Shown: in pieces, positions 52,176 through 64,000 of the stretch | How the letters are laid out: each line of letters starts with the position of its first letter | How positions within the stretch are numbered: the first letter of the stretch is position 1 | Source: Octopus vulgaris | Lineage: Eukaryota | Assembly (NCBI GenBank): GCA_951406725.2 | Contig: OX597814.1 | Span: forward strand, 85,002,001-85,066,000 | Direction: 5' to 3' | Length of the DNA: 64,000 nt | The notes under the pieces: generated by a model | Databases searched by the model: none | The model's input: only the letters and a program-made list of their open reading frames with translations | Told to the model about the DNA's origin: nothing | Program-made: the position numbers and the translations under genes

Positions 52176-52599
52176 CTCCTTAGCATTTACATTAATCTCT
52201 CAAATGTAATGCTTAGTTATTCACATAGTTTTGAATTAGTCATGCATTGTCTTCAAGCTTTAAGATTTTGATGTAACTGTTTATTTTTAGAATGACACTG
52301 TAGGGTTGGTGTGAAAGGCCAGATATGGCCAGTTTTAACATAAGACAAGTAGAATATGTTAGCAGCAGCAGTAGCAGTAGTAGTAGTTATCCGTCAGTCT
52401 TGGGAGACCATAGATCTGCATCAAAGAACTTGTGGTGCTGATGGTGGTGTAGAATCTGCTGTGGATGTAGAGGCCCAGACAGGAGTGGCAGACACACATA
52501 CAGCGACTGTATTTGAAGGAGCTCTCTACCAGTGCTACTGGTTTTGCTTTCCACTGAGTGTGCTTTACTATGGTGACAGCAGATTTAAACACTAAAGGG
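52176..52599 (+). mobile_element. Family-2 piggyBac-type MITE containing a minus-strand RTE 3' end (~52358-52578)
   Basis: TTAA flanks at 52172 and 52600; the insert encodes FKYSRCMCVCHSCLGLYIHSR (RTE C-terminal zinc-finger-like) with a (TAC)n-type tail. Confidence 0.8.
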
Positions 52600-52851
52600 T
52601 TAAACATATCTATTGATTAGCTGCAAAGCTACATAAGTACATGGCACTTGTCAAAATTTTACTAAGTGCCTTGCACAAAATTCAAGGCCCTTGAGCCACT
52701 ACAATAGCTTTACATTTCATAAATAAACAAACATATGTTCTTTTTGCATATTGAGTTCTATTTCTTCTGTTTGTACTATGACACATGTTGTTTAAACATA
52801 TACAGTTCTCATTATTTGGAAATTCCTGAATTTAAATAAAATGTAACTTAC

Positions 52852-52929
52852 CTGAAGCTACCATAGACAATCAGGAGTATTGAGATCACAAATGTTGACA
52901 ACCTGGAGGAATCTACCACTGAGATGGCT
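52852..52929 (-). CDS. SPPL3: SPPL3 (GxGD intramembrane aspartyl protease) coding exon, equivalent to vertebrate exon 2
   Basis: Minus strand reads ttttttttttcag|A GCC ATC TCA GTG GTA GAT TCC TCC AGG TTG ... TAT GGT AGC TTC AG|gtaagt, i.e. (x)[25 protein letters not shown](R). This matches the human SPPL3 N-terminus as I recall it ([27 protein letters not shown]). Canonical splice sites, 78 nt, phase 2/2. Confidence 0.95.
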
Positions 52930-53287
52930 CTGAAAAAAAAAAGACATTCCATGTATTATCATTATTATTATTATTATAATTATTATTATTATTATTATTG
53001 TCTTTCAATTTTGTTTCCATTTCTTGCTGAGCATCTTCCAGACACCTAGGGCTAAGAAACTCACTGTATACATTGGTAGGTCATTAAAATAAAGATACCA
53101 GATTGTTCATTTACAAAATCATGTGATAAAAAAAGGCGGAAGAAAGAGCAAAAAAAAAGGAAAAAGAGAAAACAAAGAAAATGAAGGGGGAAAAAGATGA
53201 AAATTCAGTGACAATGCTCTTTTCAATACGTGTGATGTACCAGTTAAGACAATCTTTTGCATGGATGGTAAGCCAAGGATCATCCTC

Positions 53288-53321
<34 letters not shown>

Positions 53322-56300
53322 CATCATCAACAGTTCTTTGATACAAGTCATTGACTGTAGCAACAAAAACAACAACAAACTTATGTGAAACTTATCAGCT
53401 TTCAGTTATGCAGTCAAAATATCTGTTTCTCATTCAACTTCTGTTACCATCACCACTACTACTACCACTACTATCTGAACTACTACTACTGCTTGTTTCT
53501 AGTTGTAATCAGCAATGGATTTCATTCTATCCCAGTCTATTCCCACTAACAGCGTTGTGTTTGTATATGGTGACATGTACTGTACTACAAAGGATAAGCT
53601 CCCACAAAGCTGAGTTCTCAGCTCAGCTCAGTTTTAATTTCTGACTGGCTGTTTCACTTCCTTTACACTACAGGCACTTTTCGGAAAGTAATGAATATCA
53701 CAACATGCAGTTTCTACTGCCTTGTAAATCAGCTTCAAACAGTGGATGAACTGGTAGAATTGTTAGAATATTGGACAAAACACTTTGTGGTATTAAGCTA
53801 TAATCCTTTGTTCTGAATTTAAATTCTGCCAAGGTCAACTTTATTTTTTAACATTCAGAAAGGGCAATAAAATAAGTACTGGCCAAGAAGAGGGGTTGAT
53901 ATTTAACTAAATATTATGTGATGTACATCATTTCTACAAGGTAGTCAAGCTGGGTTTTTCATCATCATCATCAGCAGTAGTAGTAATCACCATCACCATC
54001 ATCATTTAATGTCCACTTTCCCATGCTTGCATGAGTTCGGTACAATTTGCTGAGGCAGATATTCAACAGCCAAATGCCCTTCCTATCATCTTCACTCATC
54101 TGTTTCCAAGCAAGGTAATATTTGCCCCATGGCCAGACATTTTTACTTACTAGACATGGTGAGATGTTTACATAGAAGATTGATAACAAAACATCAATGC
54201 TTTATGACAATGAAGATCATCTAAGAACCATCATGAGATGTTGAGACATATCATTATCAACATTTCATGTCCATTTTCCATGCTCTCATGAGGGGCTGCA
54301 CCAATTCCATAGTCTGTTTTGGCTTGGTTTCTACAGCTAGATGCCCTTCCTGATGCCAGCCACCTTAAAGAGTGTACTCGGTGCTTTTTATGTTGCACCT
54401 TGGTTTTGGGATCTCAATTCTGTTGTGGTGGACAGGTTTTCTAGAGTACAGGAATGTACCAGATATCTCAGTTTTTGTGTGTGTGTGTGTGGTGTATGAG
54501 TGGGGTGTCATCATCATCATTTAGCATAGAAGGCAGAGATATGATGATGATGACCCCCCTCCACACACACACATACATACTTAAATACATGCATGCATGC
54601 ATGCATGCACGCAAGCACACACACACATACATACATACATACATACAAACAAACAAATTCTGTGCTTGGAATAACAGTTTTTTTAGGAAAATGTAAAACT
54701 GCAAGTAGAGAGAAATATTGAGCACAACTATTCACTCTGCTATACACACAGCTCTGTAAGATAACACAACAATTCTAAATCCTCCAATGTGCTTCTTGGA
54801 AAGAATAACATTAGCTTAATTTATTGAGACAATAGAATTAAAATTCAATCTGGCTTAATCCAATGGAGAGCTGCTTAACTTAATTGTCAAGCATGAAACA
54901 GTTTCAGCTAATCCATTTTCAACCTTGATAAATTTGGTAGGAAAAAAAAGATGATAACTTACGAAAAAAAAAAAAAGAAATTTTTTCTAGTTTGATGTGT
55001 TTTATGTTATATTCTCCTACATTATGAATCTGTGAGGTCAGCCAAAACATGTTTTGCATGTAGAAAATTTATTGTTCTTCAAAATCTAGCAAATAAAAAC
55101 ACCTTTGTAGATAGTGAAGTGAAGGCTCATACTTTAACAGTAATCAAATTGTTCACACTTTGCTCAAGATTATAAGCCTTCAGAAAATATTAGGAGCCCA
55201 TGCATAGCACATTATAATACAAGGCCATATGACATAAATATAATCTACAATAATAAATGCCAAAACAAATTTCTGTGTCAGTGTGTCACACTTTGACCCC
55301 ACCTCTCTCACTATTCAATGACACTTCTTCTACTCCTCTTGCTGGGGTCAGAGTAATAGTAGGCATAGGGAAGGTGGTAGTAGATTGGCAGTTGAGATGG
55401 TAATGGGGTGATAGTAAGAGTATGAGCTGTAGTTGTGATAGAGGCAGAGGTGACGGTGATGATGATGGTGGTGGTAGTAGCGGAGGCGGTCAAGCATGAC
55501 GGTGATAGTAAGAGATGTGAAAGACAGTGGTGATGGTGGTGAAGGGAAGGTGGCGAAGTCAAAGGTATTGATGGTGGTGACATGAGAAGTCTGAATGGTG
55601 TGTGTGAGATGGTGGTGGTACTGGTGATGGTTGAAAACAGAAAGAGAGAAAGAAAGAGGTTAGAAAAAATTGTACTGATCCCAACCCCATATAGGTGCAG
55701 ACATGACTGTGTAGAGAGGAAGCAAACTTTTCAACCATGTGGCCTTAGGTTTAGTCCCACTGTGCAGCTCCTTGGACAAGTATCTTCTACTACACCCCAC
55801 CCCTGAAACAACCAGCGCTTTATGACTGGATATGGTAGATGGGAACTGAAAGAAGCCTATTGTGTGTGTGTTTGTGTGTGTACACCCTTGCCTTGACATC
55901 ATATGATGGTTGTAAACAAACACCCCCATCATACAAGCAGTGTTGCTCATCTCTCATCTTCCATGGAAAAAATATCTGACCCATACTAGTATGAAAACGT
56001 GGATGTTAAATGATGATGATGATATACAAGATGCTCAGTATGTGTTACCAGCTGTACCAAATTTTAACTTTCTCATTTCCCTTTAGGTCTTATCAATAGT
56101 AGATTGAAATCTGACGCAAAAAGTGAAGGCATGCAATGCATAAGAAGCTAGCTGATAACCACAGTGACTTAGAGCTGACGAGCTTCTTGGCTGGGTTATA
56201 CATGTTCAGGGTCATGAAAGGGCTAGAGACCATGTTAACCATGACCAACAGAAAGAAATATTTTCAACGGTTAGTCATCATTAGGGTGGCTAATGTCATC

Positions 56301-57479
56301 TAGTAAGTCCATGACATCCTCAGCAACAACTACAGCAGTTTGATGGCAGGGTTTATCACCAGGTAGATGTAGATCAAGATGGTTGAATCTACTTTCAACC
56401 ATGTGGTGCATGAAAACATCAGATACAAGTCTTACATGATGAGGAGAGTAAAGTTAACGTCCAGCCAGACAGCCAAGAGAAACATGTGATCATGTGATTC
56501 CCCACTCCCACCTCCACCTAAACATTATACAGTCTCTCAGCTCTTCTGATTTGAACCTTCTAAACTATTTTGGAGTGTCGTTAAGTGAGGAACCAAGAAC
56601 TCATGAGGTTTGCCTTAGTAGGTGGCATGAATTGGGTCTACCTGGCTTGCTTTGTAGAATAGCCTGTTTTTGTTTTTCTTTTCTGTTTCTAGGTAAACGT
56701 GTATGCTATTTTGCACAGCACATTTTTATTTTACTTTTGAGTTTTTTTTTTCTGTTTAATGTTTTTATTTGTGTTTCATTTTGTTCTTGCAACCTGTAAA
56801 TACAACACCAGCACACACAACATAACCAAATATATGACTATTTTAAAGGTAAGTTTGCCATTGAAAAACAATCTCAATATAAAATGATCTTTTCTTGTCT
56901 CTTTATAATCACTGATAAATCATTAAATAAACCAACAGCTTAACAAATTGTATTTAATGTATTACTAGATCAGACACAACACACACAGAATTAGAACATT
57001 TTTTTCGACCAATATAAATACAATTTAGTATAAACACTCATAAAATTAAAAAAATAATCAATAAAATATTTTTCATAAGTAAACCAACCAGTCATAGATA
57101 GTACATGTACATCTGACATTAGTGTAACAATGCTCATTTCTCAACATTAATTTCTGACATCACTGCACTTTACCATAATATTTAATCATTAAATGGGGAA
57201 ATTAAATGCAAATAACAAGTTTTAAAGAATTTCTATAATTACTCAATGCTATTAAGAATGGAACCGTTCTATCAATGAAATATTTTCAAGATATTTCTGG
57301 TTGTATAAATCTATATCTCTCTATATATCTATCTCTGTATCCATCTATTTTTCTATATGTATCTCTCTATCTCTATCTATCTATCTATATCTATCTACAG
57401 TTGACTGTGAAATTAAGAAATTTGATTGGTGGCTGACCTAAACACATTTACTCAATGCTGTACACTCCTTCAGTTTAAA

Positions 57480-57857
57480 TCTCTCTATATATAAAGCTGA
57501 AGTTGTCTGTGTATGGCAGGTTTGGTAGCCTTCAACTAACACTATCTCCTCCGAGACCCTGCAGCGCAAGTTGACCAAAATTGAGAGTATGATAGAAGAA
57601 GGCTTGCTCTTTATTCTGTAGAAGAAAAAATTCAAATCGGACCATGTTAAGACCAAAAATTATTTACATCAAAAAGGTGCTTTTTTCTATGAAAATCCCT
57701 ATTATTTATGATTTTTTTTACTGCTGTATCGCCATTTTTCGGTGTATTTCAACCAGAAAAATGTTCACAAGCTACATAATGCAAAATTTTTACTTTTCAA
57801 AAATTCCAATTCTAAAGGGTTGAAACAAACCCGAGCAACGCCGGGCGATACTGCTAG
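57480..57857 (+). mobile_element. Non-autonomous Helitron (~380 bp)
   Basis: A|TC 5' start (TCTCTCTATATATAAAGCTGAAG), GC-rich subterminal hairpin CCCGAGCAACGCCGGG (57830-57845), 3' CTAG|T, no TSD, CpGs retained. Confidence 0.88.
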
Positions 57858-58245
57858 TTTTCTATAAATCTACATTTCCTTTCATGGAACTATCACATGT
57901 CACTAAAATATTTAGTGATATTTCACTTTTAAAAAAAAATATATTCAGAGGTGAATTACCTGGAGAAATGGCATTTTTGAAAGCACAAACTTGCATTTGT
58001 TACATATCAAGTTGCATAAAGCTACATACCAAGTTACACAACTGTACTTATGCTCTGAATAAATAGGCTGTAGAAACATGTGAATACGTTAAAATACCCT
58101 TTCATTTAATTTGAATTACTATATGTAAACATAAAGGGCACCCATAAATAATCTCTACACCTTCCACATATAAGCTGGGGACATTTTAAAGATTATATGT
58201 GTATGCACATACACACACACATATATATATGAACATATGTATATA

Positions 58246-59526
58246 TTGGGTCATCCCATAAATAATGCAGTTTTTTCAATTGCATGAACTAAAAGTCGAT
58301 GGGGGACAGGATAAACTACCTGCATCAACTTGCTATAAAAGCAGGTAGTAATTTTACCTTATCCTTATTCTTAGTGCAATTTTTGAAGAGTGCAGTTCGA
58401 TTTTAACAGGTATTTTTACAAAGCTATAATGGAAGAGACAAAGGAGCATATTTGGCATATCTTCCTTTATGAGTTCAATAAAGGCAACAACGCAACAGAA
58501 AGTGCAAGGAATATTAATACAGTATATAGGGATCGGACAATAAGCATAAGCCAGTGTCAATGATGGCTCCAGAAATTCCAAACTGGAAACTACAGCCTAG
58601 AAGATGAACCTTGATCTGGAAGATCTGTAGAGCTTGACGAGGATATCTTGCAAACCCTGGTGGAACAAAATCCCATTGTAACTGTTGAGGAACTAGCAAA
58701 GAAGCTTGGATTTGGTCATTCAACCATTCATCAATGCCTGTGTATCATCAGAAAAGTCAGCAAATTGGGTCAATGGGTTCCTCACAAACTTTCTGAGTCT
58801 AATCGTGCGCAGAGAGTGAATATGTGCTCTTCTTTGCTGCCACAACTCATGAATGAACCTGTTTTGGATGAAATAGTGACCGGTGATGAGAAATGGATTC
58901 TCTATAAAAATGTCAGAAGCCAAAGACAGTGGTTAGGAAAGGGATAAACACTGGCATCTCAGGTTAAACAAGGTTTTTACCCATGTAAGGTGTTGCTATC
59001 TGTTTGGTGGGATATGAAAGGTTTAGTCTGCTTTGAATGTTTAAACCAAACGATAATAAAGGAGATCTACTGCAAGCAGCTTGAGAAGCTTAAGTCAGTG
59101 CTAGAAGAAAATGACCTCTTTGGTTTCAAGATGAAAGGCTTTCTTCCATCAGGATTAAAGCTCAGCCACATACAGTGAGGAGGACATTCCAAAGGCTGGA
59201 GCAGTTTAAATGGGAAACAATACCCTACCCATCACATTGGCTGGACATTGCCCCATCTGATTATCATTTATTCTGCAGTCTTCAAAATCATTTGGATGGA
59301 AAAACCACGAATTCTGTAGACAAGGTCAGAACAGTAGTGAAGGAGTATTTTTCATCACAGACAAGTGAATTTGGAAGAGGGGCCTTGCAAGTCTACCAGA
59401 CAGATGGAAAGAGTATTGTAGAAAATAAAGCAGAGTATATTTCAGATTAAAAAAGAACTCTGTTTATCTTAATTTTGAAAGATAAAAGAAGTATAAAAAA
59501 AGCTGCATTATTTATGGGATGATCAT
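58246..59526 (+). mobile_element. Full-length defective mariner transposon (~1.28 kb)
   Basis: TIRs TCATCCCATAAATAATGCAG(T/C)TTTTT at both ends with TA flanks. Confidence 0.96.
58429..59450 (+). pseudogene. Mariner DD34D-type transposase pseudogene
   Basis: MEETKEHIWHIFLYEFNKGNNATESARNINTVY...WVPHKL...IVTGDEKWILY...LLSVWWD...DIAPSDYHLF; in-frame stops and frameshifts. Confidence 0.93.
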
Positions 59527-59924
59527 ATATATATAGAACGAAAGGAATAAAAACAGAAGAATATATCTTCCAACAATTTTATAATTCTACAAATAGAAAT
59601 AGTAGCCAACACTAAATTCATGCAAAGTTTAGTCTGACAGCAGAATATCATACATACATAATAGCCAGGAAAATTAATGCATGAGAATAGATATGAAGAA
59701 AAAAAAGAAAAAGAAAAAACAATGAACATTACATTTTTGGTGGGAATAAAAAAACATGTTCAATGTCATGCAAGATGTGAAAATCAATACAGAAATTTTC
59801 ATATTACACAACAAAAGACTGTCTGGTGTCTGTGAGATATAAGTGCTAAAAAGTACAGTCAAAGGTACTTAAATTTTATTCTTTCTTTCTTTTTTGTTAT
59901 TCACACTAGAAAGAATTATAAGTA

Positions 59925-60296
59925 CATCTTTTATTTGTTTCAGTCATTGAACTGTAGCCATGTTAGGACACTGCTTTGAAGGGTATAGCCAATCAAATCG
60001 ACCCCTGTACTTATTTTCTAAATCTGGCGCTTATTCTGCCAATCTTTTTCACTGAACCACTGAGGTACAGGAATGTAAACAAACCAGCACCTATTGTCAA
60101 GTGGTTGGCAAGCAAGAGACAAACAAAACACAAATACACACACACAACTGGCTGGCACATAGTTTCCATCTACCAAATTCATTTAAAAGTAGTGGTCAGC
60201 CTAGGGCTATAATACAAGATAGTAGGAGCCACACAGTGAGACTGAACCCAAAACCACATGGTTACAAAATGAGTTTCTTACTCCCACAGCCATACC
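59925..60296 (-). mobile_element. Older SINE family A copy
   Basis: Same architecture as 42296-42723, more diverged. Confidence 0.75.
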
Positions 60297-62320
60297 TATA
60301 TGTATAATTACTAAACATTTTTTTAGTGAAAACTTCCAAAGTAATCCAAAGGACCTCCAAAAGCAATATCTTTGCTAAGATGCTAAAGTGTTACTTTCTG
60401 CCATTTCTTGTCACAAATATCAAACCCAATCATATAAATCTCTTCAGATCAATGATAGAAGCTCCTTAATTTGGTTTTATACTTGCCAGATATGGCTCCA
60501 GAGCCATATTTTATGCATCAAGGCTTTTAAACACAAACAATTAAATACACAAAACACCTGTCTTGCTTCTCCCTTGATACTCAGGATCCAATGTGAAGGT
60601 GGTGGTACATGCTTTGCCAGAGAAAATTACAGCTTTCACAAGAAATTACAAGAGTTTTTTTTTTTGTTTTTTTTTGCTGAGATATCAAAATTATGGTTTT
60701 GAATCCTGAATCATCACAGTCATCATCATCATTTAATGTCCAATTTCCATGGTGGCATGGGTTGGCAGATTTGACAGGATCCATTGAGGACTGCATTGAG
60801 TGCCAATGTTGTCTTTGGAATGGTTTCTATGGTTGGGTGCCCTTCCTTAATGCCAGCCACTTTATAGCATATACTGACTGGGTGCTTTTTTTCATGCCAC
60901 CTCCAGCTAGTGAGGCTGCCCTACAGTTTGCAAGACCCACCAACACCACCACCAGTAGATGGGGCAGGATGTCAGCTTCACATTAAGGAACAAGGCAATT
61001 AAACTATTGGAAGAGATGGAGTAGGGAGTGTGTCAGATCAGGTTCTTAAAGAGGATCTGCATGACTACTAACATTTAGCAGGAGAGAGGGAGAAAGAGAA
61101 AAGAAAAAATGATCAGTAAATGTTAAGAGATAGATTATGGCAATGAGGTGTCCAGTTAGCCCCACAAGGCACAAGGTGAACAGAAGTGGGTAGGTGCAAG
61201 ACTGTAGAGATTAGAGATGAGGGGAAAGGGAAGCGGACTATAAAATTAAGGTAGGATTGAAGGTTGGATTATGTGTTTTGGTCATCTCAACTGATTTTCT
61301 GTAGATATTATAGCCAGTACTGACTTTGTTACGACATTTCATATCCAAGACATTAGATGTAATTTCTATAGGAAATAAGTAGAGATGACGTTAACATATG
61401 ATTCAAATGCACTAGTAACAGAGTAGTACAAGGTATTGACTTATAAAAATGTTTAATATACTTTGTAGCATCTTATGGTTGCATAACAAAATACCGAGTG
61501 CCCACAAGCCATGAAGGGTGGAGGAGTAATGAGCCACAAATTGGGAAAAGATAGAGGGATGCAGAAGAGAGGGAAAGAAAGCAGGATATCATCATCATCA
61601 TCATCATTTTATGATGGCAATAAAAATGAAGCTGACTTGGAACATACTTGCTTCATGTAACAGGATATAGTTAGCATTCATTTTAAGGACAATTTCATTC
61701 AAAGCAGCACATTAAAATAGAATAATTCATACTTCCTAATTACATATCATTTAGCAATCCATTCCCCAATGTATATAATTAATTAGTCATTTCAAGGTTA
61801 CTCTCAGTTTCTTTTAACTTCCTCTATCACAGTTTGAGATATAATCAAATACATTGCTTATTTTTTTTTTTTTTTTTGTCTTTTCATGCATTCAACATTA
61901 CCGACCCCTTTAATTTACTCAGCCTGATCAGTTTGCTAATGCTGACTGATAGTTGTTTCCTAGTTCTACTTCCCTCAAAAACACACACACACATAAGCCT
62001 ACACAAAACTATATGCAAATTCACTAGAGTAATAGTGCTAGTAACTCACAATCAATTACATCAAGCATATGAACCATGTTTTTTTTAAATAATTTTTATC
62101 CTCATGCTGTCATTATACTCTTAACGTTTTGGGATAACTAATGCACTGTAAAAATCACCTGAACACCAAATTACACTCAAAGCAATAAAATAGCTCCCTT
62201 GCAATTACTCAATCTGCTAAAATTGACAGTCAAATCTTCTTCAACTTTGACCCACTTAACTTGAAAATAGACAACAACAATTACAACAATAACAATGACA
62301 ACAACTAAACTATTTTTCCT

Positions 62321-62685
62321 GTGGCTGTGTGGTAAGTAGCTTGCTTACCAACCACATGGTTCCGGGTTCATTCCCACTGCATGGCACCTTGGGCAAGTGT
62401 CTTCTACTATAGCCTCGGGCTGGCAAAAGCGTTGTGAATGGATTTGGTAGACGGAAACTGAAGGAAGCCCATCGTATATATGTATGTGTGTCTGTGTTTG
62501 TCCCCCAACATTGCTTGACAACCGATGGTGGTGTGTTTACGTCCCCTGTAACTTAGCGGTTCGGCAAAAGAGACCAATAGAATAAGTACTAAGCTTACAA
62601 AGAATAAGTCCTGGGGTCGATTTGCTCGACTAAAGGTGGTGCTCCAGCTTGGCTGCAGTCAAATGACTGAAACAAGTAAAGAGAG
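62321..62685 (+). mobile_element. Young full-length SINE family A
   Basis: GTGGCTGTGTGGTAAG A-box-like, GGTTCATTCCC B-box-like, tail GACTGAAACAAGTAAAGAGA. Confidence 0.92.
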
Positions 62686-63332
62686 TATATCTTTGTAAGA
62701 TGTTACGTGGTTGAATTACTGGCTCACATATTGACTGGATTCACATTCTGACTGAATCCAGTCAATTTGTATAGGTACTCCACTAAAATGCATAAAATTC
62801 CCTGGTTTACAGGGTTGCATGTTATGTAAAATTTTATATGCTTATTAACCCTTTTGTTACCAACCCGGCTGAAACCAGCTCTGGCTCTGAGTACAAATCT
62901 CTTGTTTTCATAAGTTTTGAATTAAAATCTTCCACCAAACCTTAGTCACAATTTATGTTCCTGACACTAGCTGAATGATAACTAAGTTATTTTACTAAAC
63001 TCTTTGTTATATTTAAAGTAATTGAAAGAAACACAGAGTATCTCAAAATAAATACAGTAACAAAAGGGTTAAAGTTAAAATTCATTTCTATTGTTAAACT
63101 ATGAAAACTTGCTTTTGTATCAAAAGATTAAATTACACTGATCTTTTTTTTTTTTTTTGGTTCATTAATCCTTTTGATACCAAACCCTTCAGTATTCATG
63201 AAAACCTGTAAATCAGGGAATTTTATGCATTTCAGTGGAGTACTAACACATATTGACTGGATTCAGTAAAAATGTGAATTCAGTCAATATATGAGGCAGC
63301 AATTCAAACATGTAACATCTTACAAAGATATA
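62686..63332. mobile_element. Foldback element/inverted repeat with ~136-bp arms
   Basis: 62686-62821 is inversely similar to 63197-63332; TA-rich flanks. Confidence 0.85.
62849..63068 (+). mobile_element. piggyBac-type MITE, family 1
   Basis: TTAA|CCCTTTTGTTAC...GTAACAAAAGGG|TTAA. Confidence 0.93.
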
Positions 63333-63376
<44 letters not shown>

Positions 63377-64000
63377 CATAATCCTATGAACTCACATGTG
63401 TAGAATACAAATTTGCAAAACGTTTCTGAAAATTCCAAAATAAAAAAGTTATGAGGGGTTATGTGGTGTGCATAAAGCAGAATTTCACAAATTTTTCATT
63501 TGTCTACAGTTGACAACACATACTGTCACGCACAAAATGACAGCTTCCAAATTCTGCTTTCTGACTGGGTAAAAATTATCACTTTAAACCCCTGTAACTC
63601 CCCCCCACTCCAAAAAAGTTAAATATCCACTGAGATTCAGCATGGAAAATTACATCAATACCCCAAATTTTAGAATTTTCATTAAAATTTGAAATTTCCA
63701 CCAGTGCAGCCAAACAGAAAAAGATTCAATTACACTAATGCATTTATTATGATAAGAAAGTGTATTTAGTATATACAGCACTATTTCCTGGTTATCTACC
63801 CACTTTCTCAATCAAAAACCCTCCAGTGAAACAGTGTATTGAAAGAAATTGTAAAACAATACAGAACTTTCAGTAGTTTCTCCCAATCTTTCAGGGTTTG
63901 TAATTTCACAAACTCCATCACAACATCCAGTCCTAGTTGCAACTTGGTGGCTTATGTACCACTCAATGACCCTGAGAGCTATGCTATTGGAGTGCAAACT

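Larger units (their letters stand above)
35897..52851 (-). other. SPPL3: SPPL3 intron (16,955 nt, GT-AG)
   Basis: Bounded by the GTAAGT donor at 52851 and the TTTTCAG acceptor at 35897; the flanking exons join in frame. Confidence 0.85.

Noticed and set aside
56176-56235. CUGACGA...GAAA hammerhead-like words (also CUGAUGA at 21272 and 51964)
   Set aside because: No supporting stems I-III or correctly placed NUH site.
62321-62400. tRNA-like A and B boxes
   Set aside because: They are SINE heads; no complete cloverleaf is evident.
63950-64000. ...GTCATTGAGTG|gtacat as a possible SPPL3 exon 1 ending in TG
   Set aside because: Weak donor, no ATG at the expected distance and no promoter-like context.

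Overview
AT-rich, repeat-dense animal genomic DNA. The SINE families look like those of Octopus (coleoid cephalopod); this is recognition from memory, not a database result. The window appears to lie inside one minus-strand gene, signal peptide peptidase-like 3 (SPPL3). Only two small coding exons are present (52929-52852, 78 nt; 35896-35814, 83 nt), separated by a ~17 kb intron. I did not find exon 1 or exon 4 onward. The rest is intronic: decayed Tc1/mariner transposons, TTAA-flanked piggyBac-type MITEs, a non-autonomous Helitron, RTE and R4/Dong LINE fragments, several SINE families, microsatellites and minisatellites. Most ORFs in the track are microsatellite or TE artefacts. The most interesting observations are: (i) two degenerate type I hammerhead ribozyme motifs of the Penelope/retrozyme kind; (ii) at least seven local inverted repeats able to form long dsRNA in the pre-mRNA, one ~50 nt from the exon 3 acceptor; (iii) an exon 2 first base (A) that would create TGA if exon 1 ends in TG as in vertebrates, a testable RNA-editing candidate. 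No intact novel protein-coding system is supported.
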